Source: Hormiphora californensis (taxonomy: Eukaryota > Animalia > Ctenophora). Taken from it: a DNA stretch of 64,000 nucleotides. Positions 13,423-48,700 of this stretch are shown here, piece by piece; position 1 is the first letter of the stretch, and each line of letters opens with the position of its first letter. The notes below the pieces were generated by a model. The model did not search any database and was not told where the DNA came from. It saw nothing but the letters and a program-made list of their open reading frames with translations. The position numbers and the translations under genes were made by a program. The DNA lies in contig CM035358.1 in the NCBI GenBank assembly GCA_020137815.1, forward strand, positions 6,448,001-6,512,000. The letters run 5' to 3'.

Positions 13423-15339
13423 TTAAATTCGTTTAATTCGACATTTCAATATCACTATGGAAAATAAGAGCCACACACCTCCAAACGCAAACAAAACAAA
13501 TAAATTAGGAAACCACATATCACTTGGCTCTAAGCCAGCAGTGACAAGTAAATCAGTCCCATTTGTGCTACACGTTGTATTCTCACAGTTCAGTTGCAGA
13601 TCTTTAAACTCATTAATCATCAGAAAACTGTATCCCTTGTTGATCCAACTGATCTCATTTAAAAACACTTTACCATTGTTGCTCTTGAGGAACCCTCCAA
13701 AAACTAAGAATATCATACAAACAGGACCAGTGAGGGCCAGGGCAATCTGTGGGTCGTTTACACAGGATCCAATAAAGGATCCTAACCCAAATGAACCCCA
13801 GGCCATGAGAACACAGCACAGATAGGCGGAGAAGAACTTTCCTGCCGTGAGTGTCAGTCCTGATAGAAAGTAACACGATACTAAAGTTAACAGCGGCATA
13901 ACGAAGAGAAAGGGAATCTCAACAAGGGTTCGAGCTAGAGCCCACGGGAGGAGAGTATACATTCCCTTTTTGTATTCTCGTGCCACAATTCCAAACTCCA
14001 GGGGCAGGAGGGATGCCTGAGCGGCAACAAATCGGAATGCGAATATCACCGTGATAAAGAAAATCAGACCAGACTTGTCTCTGAATACCGTTTCAATGTC
14101 ATTTTGCCGGTTGAAAAACGCAACTGCTGCGAGTGCTCCAACGAACAAACTGAAAATTATCCTGTTGACGAATAGTGTGGGATTCCTCAAAGACCCAATT
14201 CCACTACGTTTAATATTTTCCCACAGTTGAATACTAAACCCTGCTGCTAACTCCTTCCTACTCGCCTTAACCGGTATTTTACTAGACGTCTGTACAGCAC
14301 TAATTAGCGCTGTATACACAGTCGAATCAGTGTAACACCCGACCACATTGGTGATACGTTTCCGGCTAGCCTCAACGTCTCCATCTCGCACGGCGAGGGT
14401 TCGTACAAAGTGGTCTGCTGGATTGTAAAGGGGTGGTACAGGGTAACCGGCCCCTGAAAACACATCCTTCGCTTGTTCTGTGGTTCCAAAAAAGGCAATC
14501 CGCCCATCTGCCATAACGCACACCTTGTGAAATAGTTTGAAGATTGTTGATGTTGGTTGGTGAATGGTGCAGAGGATAGTCCGGTCGCTCTCCGCTAATG
14601 TTCTCAAGCACTGGATTATCGTCCCCGCCATAAAGGAATCAAGACCACTGGTGGGTTCGTCCACAAATAACAATCCTGGGTTTAGTAACATTTCAGCAGC
14701 CACAGATACCCTCTTCTTCTCGCCACCACTGATACCCCTAACCACCTCGCGGGCCCCTGACATCCCAATCAAACTGTTTGCAACTTTGGTTAACCCAAGA
14801 TCCCTCATAGTAGACTCAACCACTGCTGCTTTATCCACACCATCCCCCATGAGCCTCAGATTAGCATAGAACATGAGAGTCTCCCGTACGGTCAATGTAC
14901 CTACAAGATGCACATCCTGTTCAATATACCCGCTAACTAGCCTCATCAATGCTGGAGAAACAGGTCCTCCGTTTAAGAGAACCTCCCCTCCAGTAATCTT
15001 GCACTGGGAGTCATTCCTTTGGGCTAACGTGTTCAGAAGAGATGTCTTACCCGCCCCACTGGCTCCTATCACAGCCACTAATTCACCGGGCCGAACGCAC
15101 CCTGAGACGTTAGTTAGGATTGTTAGCGGGTGAGGTGGTGAGAAGAGACAGCAGCAGAGGGGTGAGTCTGGAGTCACTGTTAGCGTGAGGTTCTTCCAGG
15201 AGAGAGTTAGGGGATCTGTCATGTCCTGTTGGGAGGGAATGAGGGTTAGGGGGTCTGTCATGTCCTGTTGGGAGGGAATGAGGGTTAGGGGATCTGTCAT
15301 GTCCTGTTGGGAGGGAATGAGGGTTAGGGGACCTGTCAT
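13423..15339 (-). CDS. Intronless ABCG (white/scarlet-like) half-transporter
   Basis: Walker A GASGAGKT, signature ISGGEKKRVS, Walker B LLFVDEPTSGLDS, CTIHQP, NPAD and a C-terminal TM domain. The first ATG is at 15339; alternative in-frame ATGs are at 15300, 15261 and 15222. Confidence 0.93.
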   Translation of the reverse strand: MTGPLTLIPSQQDMTDPLTLIPSQQDMTDPLTLIPSQQDMTDPLTLSWKNLTLTVTPDSPLCCCLFSPPHPLTILTNVSGCVRPGELVAVIGASGAGKTSLLNTLAQRNDSQCKITGGEVLLNGGPVSPALMRLVSGYIEQDVHLVGTLTVRETLMFYANLRLMGDGVDKAAVVESTMRDLGLTKVANSLIGMSGAREVVRGISGGEKKRVSVAAEMLLNPGLLFVDEPTSGLDSFMAGTIIQCLRTLAESDRTILCTIHQPTSTIFKLFHKVCVMADGRIAFFGTTEQAKDVFSGAGYPVPPLYNPADHFVRTLAVRDGDVEASRKRITNVVGCYTDSTVYTALISAVQTSSKIPVKASRKELAAGFSIQLWENIKRSGIGSLRNPTLFVNRIIFSLFVGALAAVAFFNRQNDIETVFRDKSGLIFFITVIFAFRFVAAQASLLPLEFGIVAREYKKGMYTLLPWALARTLVEIPFLFVMPLLTLVSCYFLSGLTLTAGKFFSAYLCCVLMAWGSFGLGSFIGSCVNDPQIALALTGPVCMIFLVFGGFLKSNNGKVFLNEISWINKGYSFLMINEFKDLQLNCENTTCSTNGTDLLVTAGLEPSDMWFPNLFVLFAFGGVWLLFSIVILKCRIKRI

Positions 15340-15352
15340 GTCCTGTTGGGGT
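15205..15352. repeat. 39-bp tandem repeat x4 spanning the acceptor and ATG of the ABCG gene
   Basis: On the minus strand each unit reads ...CCCAACAG|GACATGACAG...; period 39. Confidence 0.9.
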
Positions 15353-15724
15353 AGGAGGGAGCGAGTGTTAGACAATAAACAAACACCTTGACACTGACAG
15401 AGGGTTCGAGCTACTGCCTTGTATTGTTCATACTGCCTAAATATTAATAATACAACGTAAAATGTGTAAAATATTTGGTGACGCAGTCACCCTTACAACT
15501 CTCGCAGAGAGGTGATGGCGTCACCAAGTAAAATATACAACTACGTCAGTAGAATGAAGGAATCACAGAAGTCAGAAGACAAGCACGGAGGGTCGAACAA
15601 GGCAAAAGCCAGCACGTTGTAATATATAAATTCTGTGTAGCTGAGAATAAACAATGATGTATAATGGGAGTGTAAGCCTGGTATGTAACGTGTGTCAGTG
15701 AGAGATGTCCGCTGTCATGTGATG

Positions 15725-15836
<112 letters not shown>

Positions 15837-16081
15837 CAGATATAGTCTATAGAGAGCCGTCCACACTCCACAGCGTGTACGTGAAGCTGTATCGTGCATT
15901 GTTATGAACTGTTTCGTCGTGTTGCGTCCGATATAATGTCTGACATTGTTAGCAATGGTAGTAGGAGTAGCAATGGTAGTAGCAGCACAACTAGATCCCT
16001 CTCTGAGGTATGTGGTGGTTCCCCGGTTCTCCCTTAAATAATTCACAAAATTATCAATTAACAACGATATAGTGGTGCGAG

Positions 16082-17422
16082 CACGGCGTGCCTGGTGAAA
16101 TTTTAACACGACCTAGCATGCGACGGGAAACCACCACTTGTACGTGGTAGCTGAGGGTCTACAGAATGGCGCTACGGTGCGGGAAAAAACATTCCATTCC
16201 CTAAAATCTTTTTTTTTACTTTTATTTGATTTGGGTCAAAATTGGCTATATTAAACGTGGTCCCGAAAAATCCATAATGACTTAGCACACGAAATATGTC
16301 ACCCCTACCTATTTTTGCACGTAGAATCGATTGCCGTTGAAGTCGAATCTCTAAAATGACTGTAAAATGGTCAAAAGTTGATTTTTTACCATTTTTTGGA
16401 GGTTTTTGGCCCCTAAACCATTGAAAACGTTGAGATAGGAATTTGAAACTAGTGCCAATCGTTAAAATGGTCATTTTTCTACCAAGAACCAAGTTTTCGT
16501 GTATATCCAATTTATGGTTAGATTTGGGCAAATTGTTGAAATCTGCCAACTAGGAGAACCGTAACTTGATTTTCTTGTTTTTTGGATTTTGGCATTTTTG
16601 ACAAAGTTCTGATTGAAATGGTCAATCGGGACCATGCTTAAGTTGTTTATGGGACAATTTTTGACTAAAATCCAAGATTTCATACCAATCCAATAACAGA
16701 TCGTTGATTTATAGAAAATTTGCGTAGGCAAAACGGTCAAAATAACAACTTTTCTTGCTTATTTTGACCGTTTTGCCTACGCAAATTTTCTATAAATCAA
16801 CGATATGTTATTGGATTGGTATGAAATCTTGGATTTTAGTCGAAAATTGTCCCATAAACAACTTAAGCATGGTCCCGATTGACCATTTCAATCAGAACTT
16901 TGTCAAAAATGCCAAAATCCAAAAAACAAGAAAATCAAGTTACGGTTCTCCTAGTTGGCAGATTTCAACAATTTGCCCAAATCTAACCATAAATCGGATA
17001 TACACGACAACTTGGTTCTTGGTAGAAAAATGACCATTTTAACGATTGGCACTAGTTTCAAATTCCTATCTCAACGTTTTCAATGGTTTAGGGGCCAAAA
17101 ACCTCCAAAAAATGGTAAAAAATCAACTTTTGACCATTTTACAGTCATTTTAGAGATTCGACTTCAACGGCAATCGATTCTACGTGCAAAAATAGGTAGG
17201 GGTGACATATTTCGTGTGCTAAGTCATTATGGATTTTTCGGGACCACGTTTAATATAGCCAATTTTGACCCAAATCAAATAAAAGTAAAAAAAAAGATTT
17301 TAGGGAATGGAATGTTTTTTCCCGCACCGTAGCGCCATTCTGTAGACCCTCAGCTACCACGTACAAGTGGTGATTTCCCGTCGCATGCTAGGTCGTGTTA
17401 ACATTTCACCAGGCACGCCGTG
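16082..17422. mobile_element. Non-autonomous foldback DNA transposon, CMC/Chapaev-like
   Basis: Two ~665-bp near-perfect inverted arms around a ~13-bp spacer (16746-16758); termini CACGGCG...CGCCGTG; 4-bp TSD CGAG; mirrored ORFs on both strands. Confidence 0.85.
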
Positions 17423-17592
17423 CGAGACTGCCAGGGGCAGCCTGTGGCCATGGGGTTTTTTGGTAATTTTAACTTTACCTTAAATCCTTACTTATTTTAT
17501 GGCCAAGTAAATCCTGCTTTCCACCCAACACTAACTATTCTCTCCCCCTATTACTAGTCAACACTAACACTCCTCCCTGTTGCTAGGTGATA

Positions 17593-18438
17593 ATGAGCAA
17601 CCTCATAATCCTCTACGAGTACCACGAGGCTCCCCCATTTCTCCATGGCAACCCAAACATCAAAGCCGGTTACCGTGGTTACCTAACACCAAAACTCTGT
17701 CTCCGATCCCTATTCATGCTGCACAACGAGACAATAAACATCTGGTCTCACCTCCTCGTTGGGCTCTATTTCTTCTATCAATACTTCTACGATGCCAGAC
17801 TGGTGGGAAGTTACGAAGGGACAAATGGGTTTGATCACAGCGCATTTGTTACCATGATCATAGCAATTCAAATTTGTATGTTCTCCTCGACCGCATATCA
17901 CTTGTTTAACTGTCAGTCTCACGCCATATGCCAGAGGATGTTGTTGGTGGATTGTATTGGAATCGCTATCGGGTTATCAGGGTGTTTTTTCCCGGTCATG
18001 TACTACGCGTTCTACTGTTTCCCCGAGCTGAAAGTACTGTACGGTGTGGGGATTGGGATTATATTTGCCATCGCGGGGTACATCATTACAAGACCATGGT
18101 TCGGGGATAAACAGTATACCTATATCAGGATAGTAACATACTCTCTAGTCGCTCTCTCCGGGGTCCTGCCCTCAGGTCACTGGACCCTTCTTCACGGTAT
18201 TCACAACCCTATTGTCAGTCAGTTCCTGCCCCGTATTGCAATACTATACGCTCTCGCAGGACTGGGAGCCTTCTTTTACGTGACCCAAATACCTGAGTCA
18301 TTGTGTCCTGGACGGTTTGATATTCTCGGGCACTCCCATCAATTGTGGCATGCTTGTGCTGCTGCGGTGTTTATAGTGGGACATCACACTCAGGAGACGC
18401 TGTTTCTGTATATTATGAACCATCCTTGTCCTTCGTGA
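17593..18438 (+). CDS. PAQR3: Intronless progestin and adipoQ receptor family member 3-like
   Basis: HNETINIWSHL, SxxYHLFNC, D-x-IGI, YYAFYC, PIVSQFLPR, PESLCPGRFDILGHSHQLWH; 7-TM pattern. Confidence 0.88.
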   Translation: MSNLIILYEYHEAPPFLHGNPNIKAGYRGYLTPKLCLRSLFMLHNETINIWSHLLVGLYFFYQYFYDARLVGSYEGTNGFDHSAFVTMIIAIQICMFSSTAYHLFNCQSHAICQRMLLVDCIGIAIGLSGCFFPVMYYAFYCFPELKVLYGVGIGIIFAIAGYIITRPWFGDKQYTYIRIVTYSLVALSGVLPSGHWTLLHGIHNPIVSQFLPRIAILYALAGLGAFFYVTQIPESLCPGRFDILGHSHQLWHACAAAVFIVGHHTQETLFLYIMNHPCPS

Positions 18439-19416
18439 GAGGGTGATCATTGTACAATTAACAAATTGAACAGTGTTTATACTGCTGTTTCAGTAGGATT
18501 TGTAAAAGTAAGGAGAGGGAAAATGGTCCTGTACTGGAAACTCCATGGAAAATTATACCGGAAGAATATTTGAAGAAGAAAAAGGAGAGAGATAGAGAGC
18601 TGCGTTAATTTTGTTTGTGGGCACAATGATAAAATTTAGGAGAAGTGAATATATTTTTCTGAAAAAATAGAGAGATAGTTGTTGTGAAATGCTATTTGTC
18701 ATTGTGTGAGGGCCACAAAGAAGAATATATTATGAAGTTATTATATAGGATGTGTTTTTTGGAGATTATTAGTCCCTTTCATTGTTCATGTTTCCTGTGT
18801 TATTATGTGTTAAATGTGTGTTAAATGTATGTTAAGTGGCGTATACCTTAGTATATATCTGTAAGTTACACTAAGATTAATTATTTCTGCACTTTTCTAG
18901 AACACGTTTCTTGTTCATCTAACCCTCATTTACATTTGTTGCTTGTTAGTTCTTGCAATGTGATATTTTTACATGCTCAGCATATGTTTTATGTGTGTTA
19001 TTGTATCCCTATACTTGTCTGTGTGTGTGACATGAGTATGTCTGTGTGTGTACACGTGAAAGTGACATGTGTGTGTGAGTTGTATAATATTATACTACTG
19101 AATATAGAGCCAACATGAGGAGATTGTATGTACATAATCGGCTGTTAGGATAATTAGATATTGACTACTCATTAAAACCGAACGAAATATTTGTCATTCC
19201 TTAGGGCTTAGACTATTTTATTTATTAAACTTAGGAGAGAACGTTATATCTGAGGTCGACCATTTTATTGTATAATTGTTACAGATCCCTATTATTATTC
19301 CTGTTTGCATCAAAAACACATATGCGTATTAATTGCTCATCAAACCCCGTCTAATATTAAAACTGTTGATAACCTTTTGATATATATCAGTAGTGTTTGA
19401 AGCCCCCAGCGTCTAC

Positions 19417-42171
<22,755 letters not shown>

Positions 42172-42784
42172 AGTGAAAATGATATGCCAGATTACCAGTT
42201 TACTTTTAGATAGTTTGAAACAATTAACTGCGTGAACTTGAACTTCAAGTTGAAGTACAAATACAATCTTTATTTTTTTTAGTAATTTTAGCGAAATGTT
42301 GTGTTTTAGACTGATTGTACGAATTGTATAAACTATGATTAGTATGAATCATTTTTAAACGTAAATAGGGTGTTTTATATTTTTTATCGCATTTGTGTCC
42401 AAATCGTTTTGCACCATGGTGTAACGCGCGAGAATATAGTTTTTTCTTTGCGGTATTGCAAATGCGCGTCAGGGATTTTGAAAAGCGCGCGCGATTTTTT
42501 GTTTGTTTCGGGATTTCAAATTCGGTTTTCGCTTTCTTTTTTCTTCTTTCCCCCCCCCTTTTCTTTCTTGTCACCCTTAACCGGTTTTATGTCTTATTTC
42601 GCTTTATGACGCTTGTGCAGCAAACACTTAAGAGTTTCCCTGCATCAGGCTTACATTATATATAAACATATTTCTCTCATTTTCTTGAATTTTGAATTTT
42701 CAAATCTGTGCAGCTCGAGCTAGTGCTCTAAAGTGGCCATAACTGACTCATGATTCTTAAGATCGAGTGTTTTTTAGGTAGCTG

Positions 42785-45700
42785 ATGGGTGAGAAAGTAA
42801 ATGAGGAAGTTGACCGAATTTCATTTCACAACTATCGACCCCTTTTAACACATATCTACGCAGGACCCTTCCTTGCTCTTTACGTTCTTTGGGCTGCATT
42901 TGCTCTACAGGTAACACCATGATGAGAGAAAAAGTTGAAAATAAAAGCAGAGAATAAATTTTGACAGCAACATTTTTTTAAACAATTTATAAATCGCCTT
43001 TCCATTTCCAGGCGGATCATGTTTGGGAGTTGAAACTAATTGTCCTCGGGGCGGTCGGTGTAATTCATGTTTTATGTGGTTTGTTCTGTGTTTGGAGCGT
43101 TCAATGGATGACACTCTGTATGTGTTCCACCCTACCTGATGCCACCGCGGCTTCCTTTGCTAAAGTAGTTCCTACTGAGAACAATGGAAGTACGGTCATG
43201 TGCAAGATTAATCGAAGAACGGTATGTAAAAAGTGTATTGTTAAGTTATGCTATAAGAATTTTTCGTAAACATCTTATCACAAATTTAGTAAGGACTAAG
43301 GTACACAAAGCTTGTGGATAAAACTTATTTTTTATACCCATTTCATTTCAATTTGTTTTCAGAAAAAGTCTGGCGAACCTGAGCTGTGGCTGGAATTTCA
43401 TCAGACAAAGTACATTTGTACGGATAATCTCAATTTTAACCCTGTTGCATTCCCAACCTCTGGCCCCATCTCGGTAGGTTTCAATTCTCTGAAAATCCTA
43501 GCTCAATTCCAAGAATCCAAGCCCAATAACCTAAATTAAAAACTCTCCTGAGTCCTGATTACACTCTGATCCTGGTTACACATATTACACACACCTTTTC
43601 ATAGGATTACACCGGCTCTCGTGGTCTGAGTGATGATGACGTATTAGAGGCGGTACAACAGTGGGGATATAATGAAATGAAGATTGTCCTGCCGAGCTTC
43701 CAGGAGTTATTTGTGGAGAGAGCCACCGCTCCATTCTTTGTTTTCCAGGTCTTTTGCGTGGGGTTGTGGTGCCTTGATGAATACTGGTGAGTAGACATAT
43801 ATGAACTATAATATTATAGACAGTTGGGTGATCGGATAACTGTTTATTAGCCTCATGTTTGATTGTCAGAGTTGTTATTATTCTCTCTGGGCTGTATAAA
43901 TAAACCAGACGGGGAGCATTATCGCGATATTTTTAAACCTATTTTTAATTTCCAGGTATTACTCTCTGTTCACGTTGGGTATGTTGGCCATGTTCGAAGC
44001 GACAGTCGTGAAGCAACAAATGAAATCAATGGGGGAAATAAAACGAATGACACAAGAACCTTACTTTATCAGGTATACCTAATCAAATGGTTTTAAATAT
44101 TTCTCGGATTATAAAAGGGTAGAGCCTAAATAGAATTCCACTTATTTTAAATCTTATTAATTGATCTCTAACCCCCCTCCCCTCCAAATCACAGTGTTTA
44201 CCGTAACAAGAGATGGGACAAGGTCCGGTGTAATGAGTTGTGTCCGGGTGATCTGATCTCCCTGACTCGGAGAGAGGAATCTGTGCCGTGTGATGTGATC
44301 CTCCTCCACGGATCATGTGTCGTTAATGAGAGCATGCTTACTGGAGAGAGCGTCCCTCTAATGAAGGTAAAATACAAATGTTTCATTCATATTTAGGATC
44401 TATCAACACAATACAAGTGTTCTGTTTAAATAAGTAGATGTACAATGATTGAAGGTATATGAAGATTCAAATAGGCCTCAAAGTGAGCTCTAATGAAGGT
44501 AAGCTCTAGAAGCTGGGGGCTGAGATGTTGAAGTTTTCCACCCAACTTTTCAAAATCGGCGACTTCAAAAATTCAGTAGCCCCCCCCCCCCCGAAGCTAC
44601 AAGTAGTGTTTCCCGGTATAATAGTACCCCCGCAAGAGTCCCTCCTCCTCTCTACAATCTACGTGTACATGTATTATACTGCATTGTTCAAACACCTACT
44701 CAACCTGCACCGTTCTGTCGTGCGGCAGAGTTTGGTACGCTATAACCTAGAGCCACACACACACACACACACCTGCTCAACCAATCAAAACTCATCTCTT
44801 CTCTCTCTCTCTCTATTCCAACACCCACTACTCACAACTTCTTTCCTACTCACTTGTTTTGCTCCGGATCGAGCAAGGGAATTGCTCAATACTCACCACT
44901 CCTACTTTCCCAGGAGTCCATGGTGGCTGACGATGGTAGTTGTGAGTACGAGGGTGGAGTGTTGAACTTAGAGCTTCACAGCAGGCTACATGTCGTGTTT
45001 GGGGGGACTTCTCTCGTTCAACACACTGCTTCAACAAACAAACAGTTCATCAAAGGTATGGGAGTTTTGAATAATTTATTGATTATAAAATTTAGTGGCT
45101 AAAACAGACTTGCTGGCAGCATGATTCATGTTCTCAACTTATGTTTTATAGCGGGCGGGCGTTAATTCACCCGCTATGGTTTATATTAGCTCCCTCACCC
45201 TCACGTGTAATTTCAGCTCCAGATAACGGTTGTATTGCGTACGTGCTCCGAACTGGTTTCAACACCTCCCAGGGGAAGCTGCTTCGTACTATAATGTATA
45301 GTGTAAAGAGGGTCACCGCTAATAACTTTGAGACCTTCCTGTTTATTTTGTTCCTGCTGCAGTTCGCCATCGCTGCCAGTGCGTACGTGTGGATCGAAGG
45401 TAAATTAAACTTCTTCAAACTTTTGGTCCTTTTTACTTTCTTGTCTCTGGCTCGCAGATCATGTACATTATTATACAGGCTGAGCTCCCAATACCACACT
45501 TTTTAGACCCCCCCCCCGGTTTTTCAACACGATTAACATTTTAACATGTCCCCCCCCCTTATACCAATTACCAATGCAACTCTTTAGGCTGCCCCCATTG
45601 CATCATACTCCATGGCAACCCCCCCCACTCCCATGGCAACCCCCCCACTCCATTGCATCATACTCCATGGCAACCCCCCACTCCATTGCATCATACTCCA

Positions 45701-48700
45701 TGGCAACCCCCCCCCCCATTATACCAATTACCAATGAAACTCTTCAGGCTGCCTCCATGGCAACCCCCCCCCCACTCCATTTCAGGTACGAAGGACCCGG
45801 ACAGGAACAGGTACAAGCTGTTCCTGGAATGTACCCTCATCCTTACCAGTGTAGTACCTCCTGAGTTGCCCATAGAGCTGTCTCTTGCAGTCAACAACTC
45901 CCTAATCAGCCTCATCAAAATGGGTTAGTTTCATTTGATAAGAGCGGTTGCTATGAGCGTGAACCCCTGTTGGGGACCCTACGCACGTCGCACATAGCAT
46001 AGACCAATCACTTTGTAATACCAGTACCACTGATAAGGGCCATGAATGGATTAATTGCTACACGTAGTACACTTCTTAGCAGGGTGGCATTATTTTGCCA
46101 CTCTATTACACTTGTCTAACAATTGGGTATGATATCCCCCCTTCTTCTATCCTCCTGCGCTGTCTCTCTCTCATGTTATCGCGTGTGCTACGTTTAGTTA
46201 GGGATGGGGACACTGTACCCAAGTCTAACAATACATTCTCCCAGGTATCCACTGTACGGAGCCATTTAGGATTCCCTTCGCAGGGAAGGTACACGTGGCC
46301 TGCTTTGATAAAACTGGAACACTAACTACTGATAAACTGGAAGTTACAGGTATGACTCGTGGTTCTCCCTGCCGAACCTTAACAGAGTGCTCTCGCTTGC
46401 TCGTCTGGTGCCACTCAGATCAGATCAGCGCTGAAAAACAGCCTCCTCATTTACTTGATCATATTTCTCGAGCACAGGGGGAGGAATTATTGGCGCTTTG
46501 TTTTGGCGTGCTATTATACACGCACGAGTTGTAAGGGTGACTGCGTCACCAAGGAGAGGAATTGTTACCGAGTTCGAAGAGTTTTACAAAACTGAATATT
46601 TAGGTGTTTGTGGAGTAAAGAAGGGTGATCCGTCGGCACTAGTTCCTGTTGAAGATGCGCCTCTTGGATCCTGTCAAGTTCTGGCAACATGCCATTCCCT
46701 CCTTCACATTGATGGACAACTAATAGGTCGGATATTTTTTGTATGGTGGATGGTGAATGAGATTTAATAGAAGGCAGAAGCTCAGCTAGGAGTTAGAAAG
46801 TTATGACTGTTATCTGCTTAGTTTAAATTTTGAGCCTGATCCCAACTCTCCCATATCAGGTGATCCAATTGAGCGTGCCACCCTCTCTGTCCTCCCATGG
46901 AACCTCACTAAAGGAGACGTAGTGATCTGCAAATCAGTTAAACAGAGTCTCAAGATAATGAGGAGGTTCCACTTTAACAGTACCTTGAAGAGGATGAGTG
47001 TTGTAGTCAGTCAGCAGGATAATAACTATAATGTGGAGTATTTTGTTATGACGAAGGGAGCTCCTGAGGTTATAAAGACTATGCTTGCGAAGGTAATTAC
47101 TGAAATTTAGTATGACACTGCCATTAAGGGTCTTGTTAACAGGAACCGACCGAATCAGGAAATACTGGGCCCTGATTGGCTGATAACCAGTCACGTGACC
47201 TCAATAACGAGTTCTGATTGGTTGTTTACTTAATCTGGTAGGTTCCTGCTTGTTAACTTACAACTCGGTTATGTTCTAACCCTCCCGTTGTGAGAGAGGG
47301 TTGGGCCCCATTTAACACATTGCTAAAATCCAGGTACCGGACTCGTATGATGAAACCCACAAACAGTACACGCTGCAGGGAGGAAGAGTGATCGCCCTCG
47401 CCAAACGACCGCTAGGTGGGTCAGGGGTTGAGTCGCCTGACACTTTGTCTTGTCAGGGAGCGGTAATTGGGAATTTAGTTGGGAATGGGGGGGGGGGGGC
47501 GATAATTGGGAATCAGTGAAATATAACTTACATTGGAGTAGAAGGATTCAGTTTGGGGTTATATCTTGGTTTATCTTGGTAACTGATATACTGGAATATC
47601 ATCCTCCCCAGGTAAAGATGTGACTGTCAGGGACCTACAGAGAGAGGATGCTGAGAAAGACTTAGAGTTTTGTGGATTTGTGGTAAGTTCTCTTGATATA
47701 ATCCCTCATTTCTTTGTTCTCAATTCTTTGTCTTGCCTCACAAAAGACTGCACTCTCCGAACAGTGCGTGATGTTACAGTCATGTGCAGTGTGACAACGA
47801 TTACCCCGTCCATTTGAGCATTCTGTCTATAGACGACCGATTACCGTCTCTCCTTCTGTTAAACTTCTTTAAACCTCTCTCCCCCCAGGTATTCTCGACA
47901 CCTCTAAAAAAGGAATCGAAAGCTGCTGTGACAATGCTCAGAGATTCGTCCCATTACATTGTAATGATAACAGGAGACAGCCCCTTGACTGCATGTTATG
48001 TGGCCAACCAACTAAGAATATCCAAAAAGAACTTAATCTTGGTCGAGAAAGGTAAGATTTTACTTTTGAAATTCCCAGGTCAAAACTCAAAAGTATAAAA
48101 TCGGGGTGTACAATAGTAAAATGTTTGGGTTGGAGCGCGCGACAACTGGAAAGTATTAAAATACTGCGCGCAAGCACTCCAAAAAGTCACAGACACCCCA
48201 AACTTGCGAAATGTGGGGAAATGACAAGCCTGATTGCGTGTAAACAATTGCTGCAGTTTTTATTGGTTCCTATTTGAATGCGGTTCTTCAATTTTAGTTT
48301 TTACTGATTTTTCCACATTTATAACATCACTGGCAATCTTTTGTCTGTGACCCTCAATATTTTCAGATCAAATGCGAAATGCGAAATATATCTTTTAACT
48401 GTTAATTAATTGTTAATTTCAGATGACGGGGAGTGGGTTTGGCAGACCCCTGACGAATCGGAAGAATATCCAATTGATTCACCGGCTAAAGGATTTTCTC
48501 TGTGTCTTACTGGACCGGTAAGTGCATATTAGATATCTGTGTGTTGAACTTTTTAGACTCCCCCTCCACGCTCAATTTATCTACCTGGTGGACTCTTTGA
48601 GCAACACGGTTGAAACTATTGGGCCTAGAATTGGGCCAACTTTCTGTCTTGTATTGTAACCCAATTGTCAGTTCTTTTACAACTTTTCATTCTCTAGGCG

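Noticed and set aside
16172-17332. Mirror-image ORFs of 89-125 aa
   Set aside because: By-products of the inverted arms; no transposase motifs.
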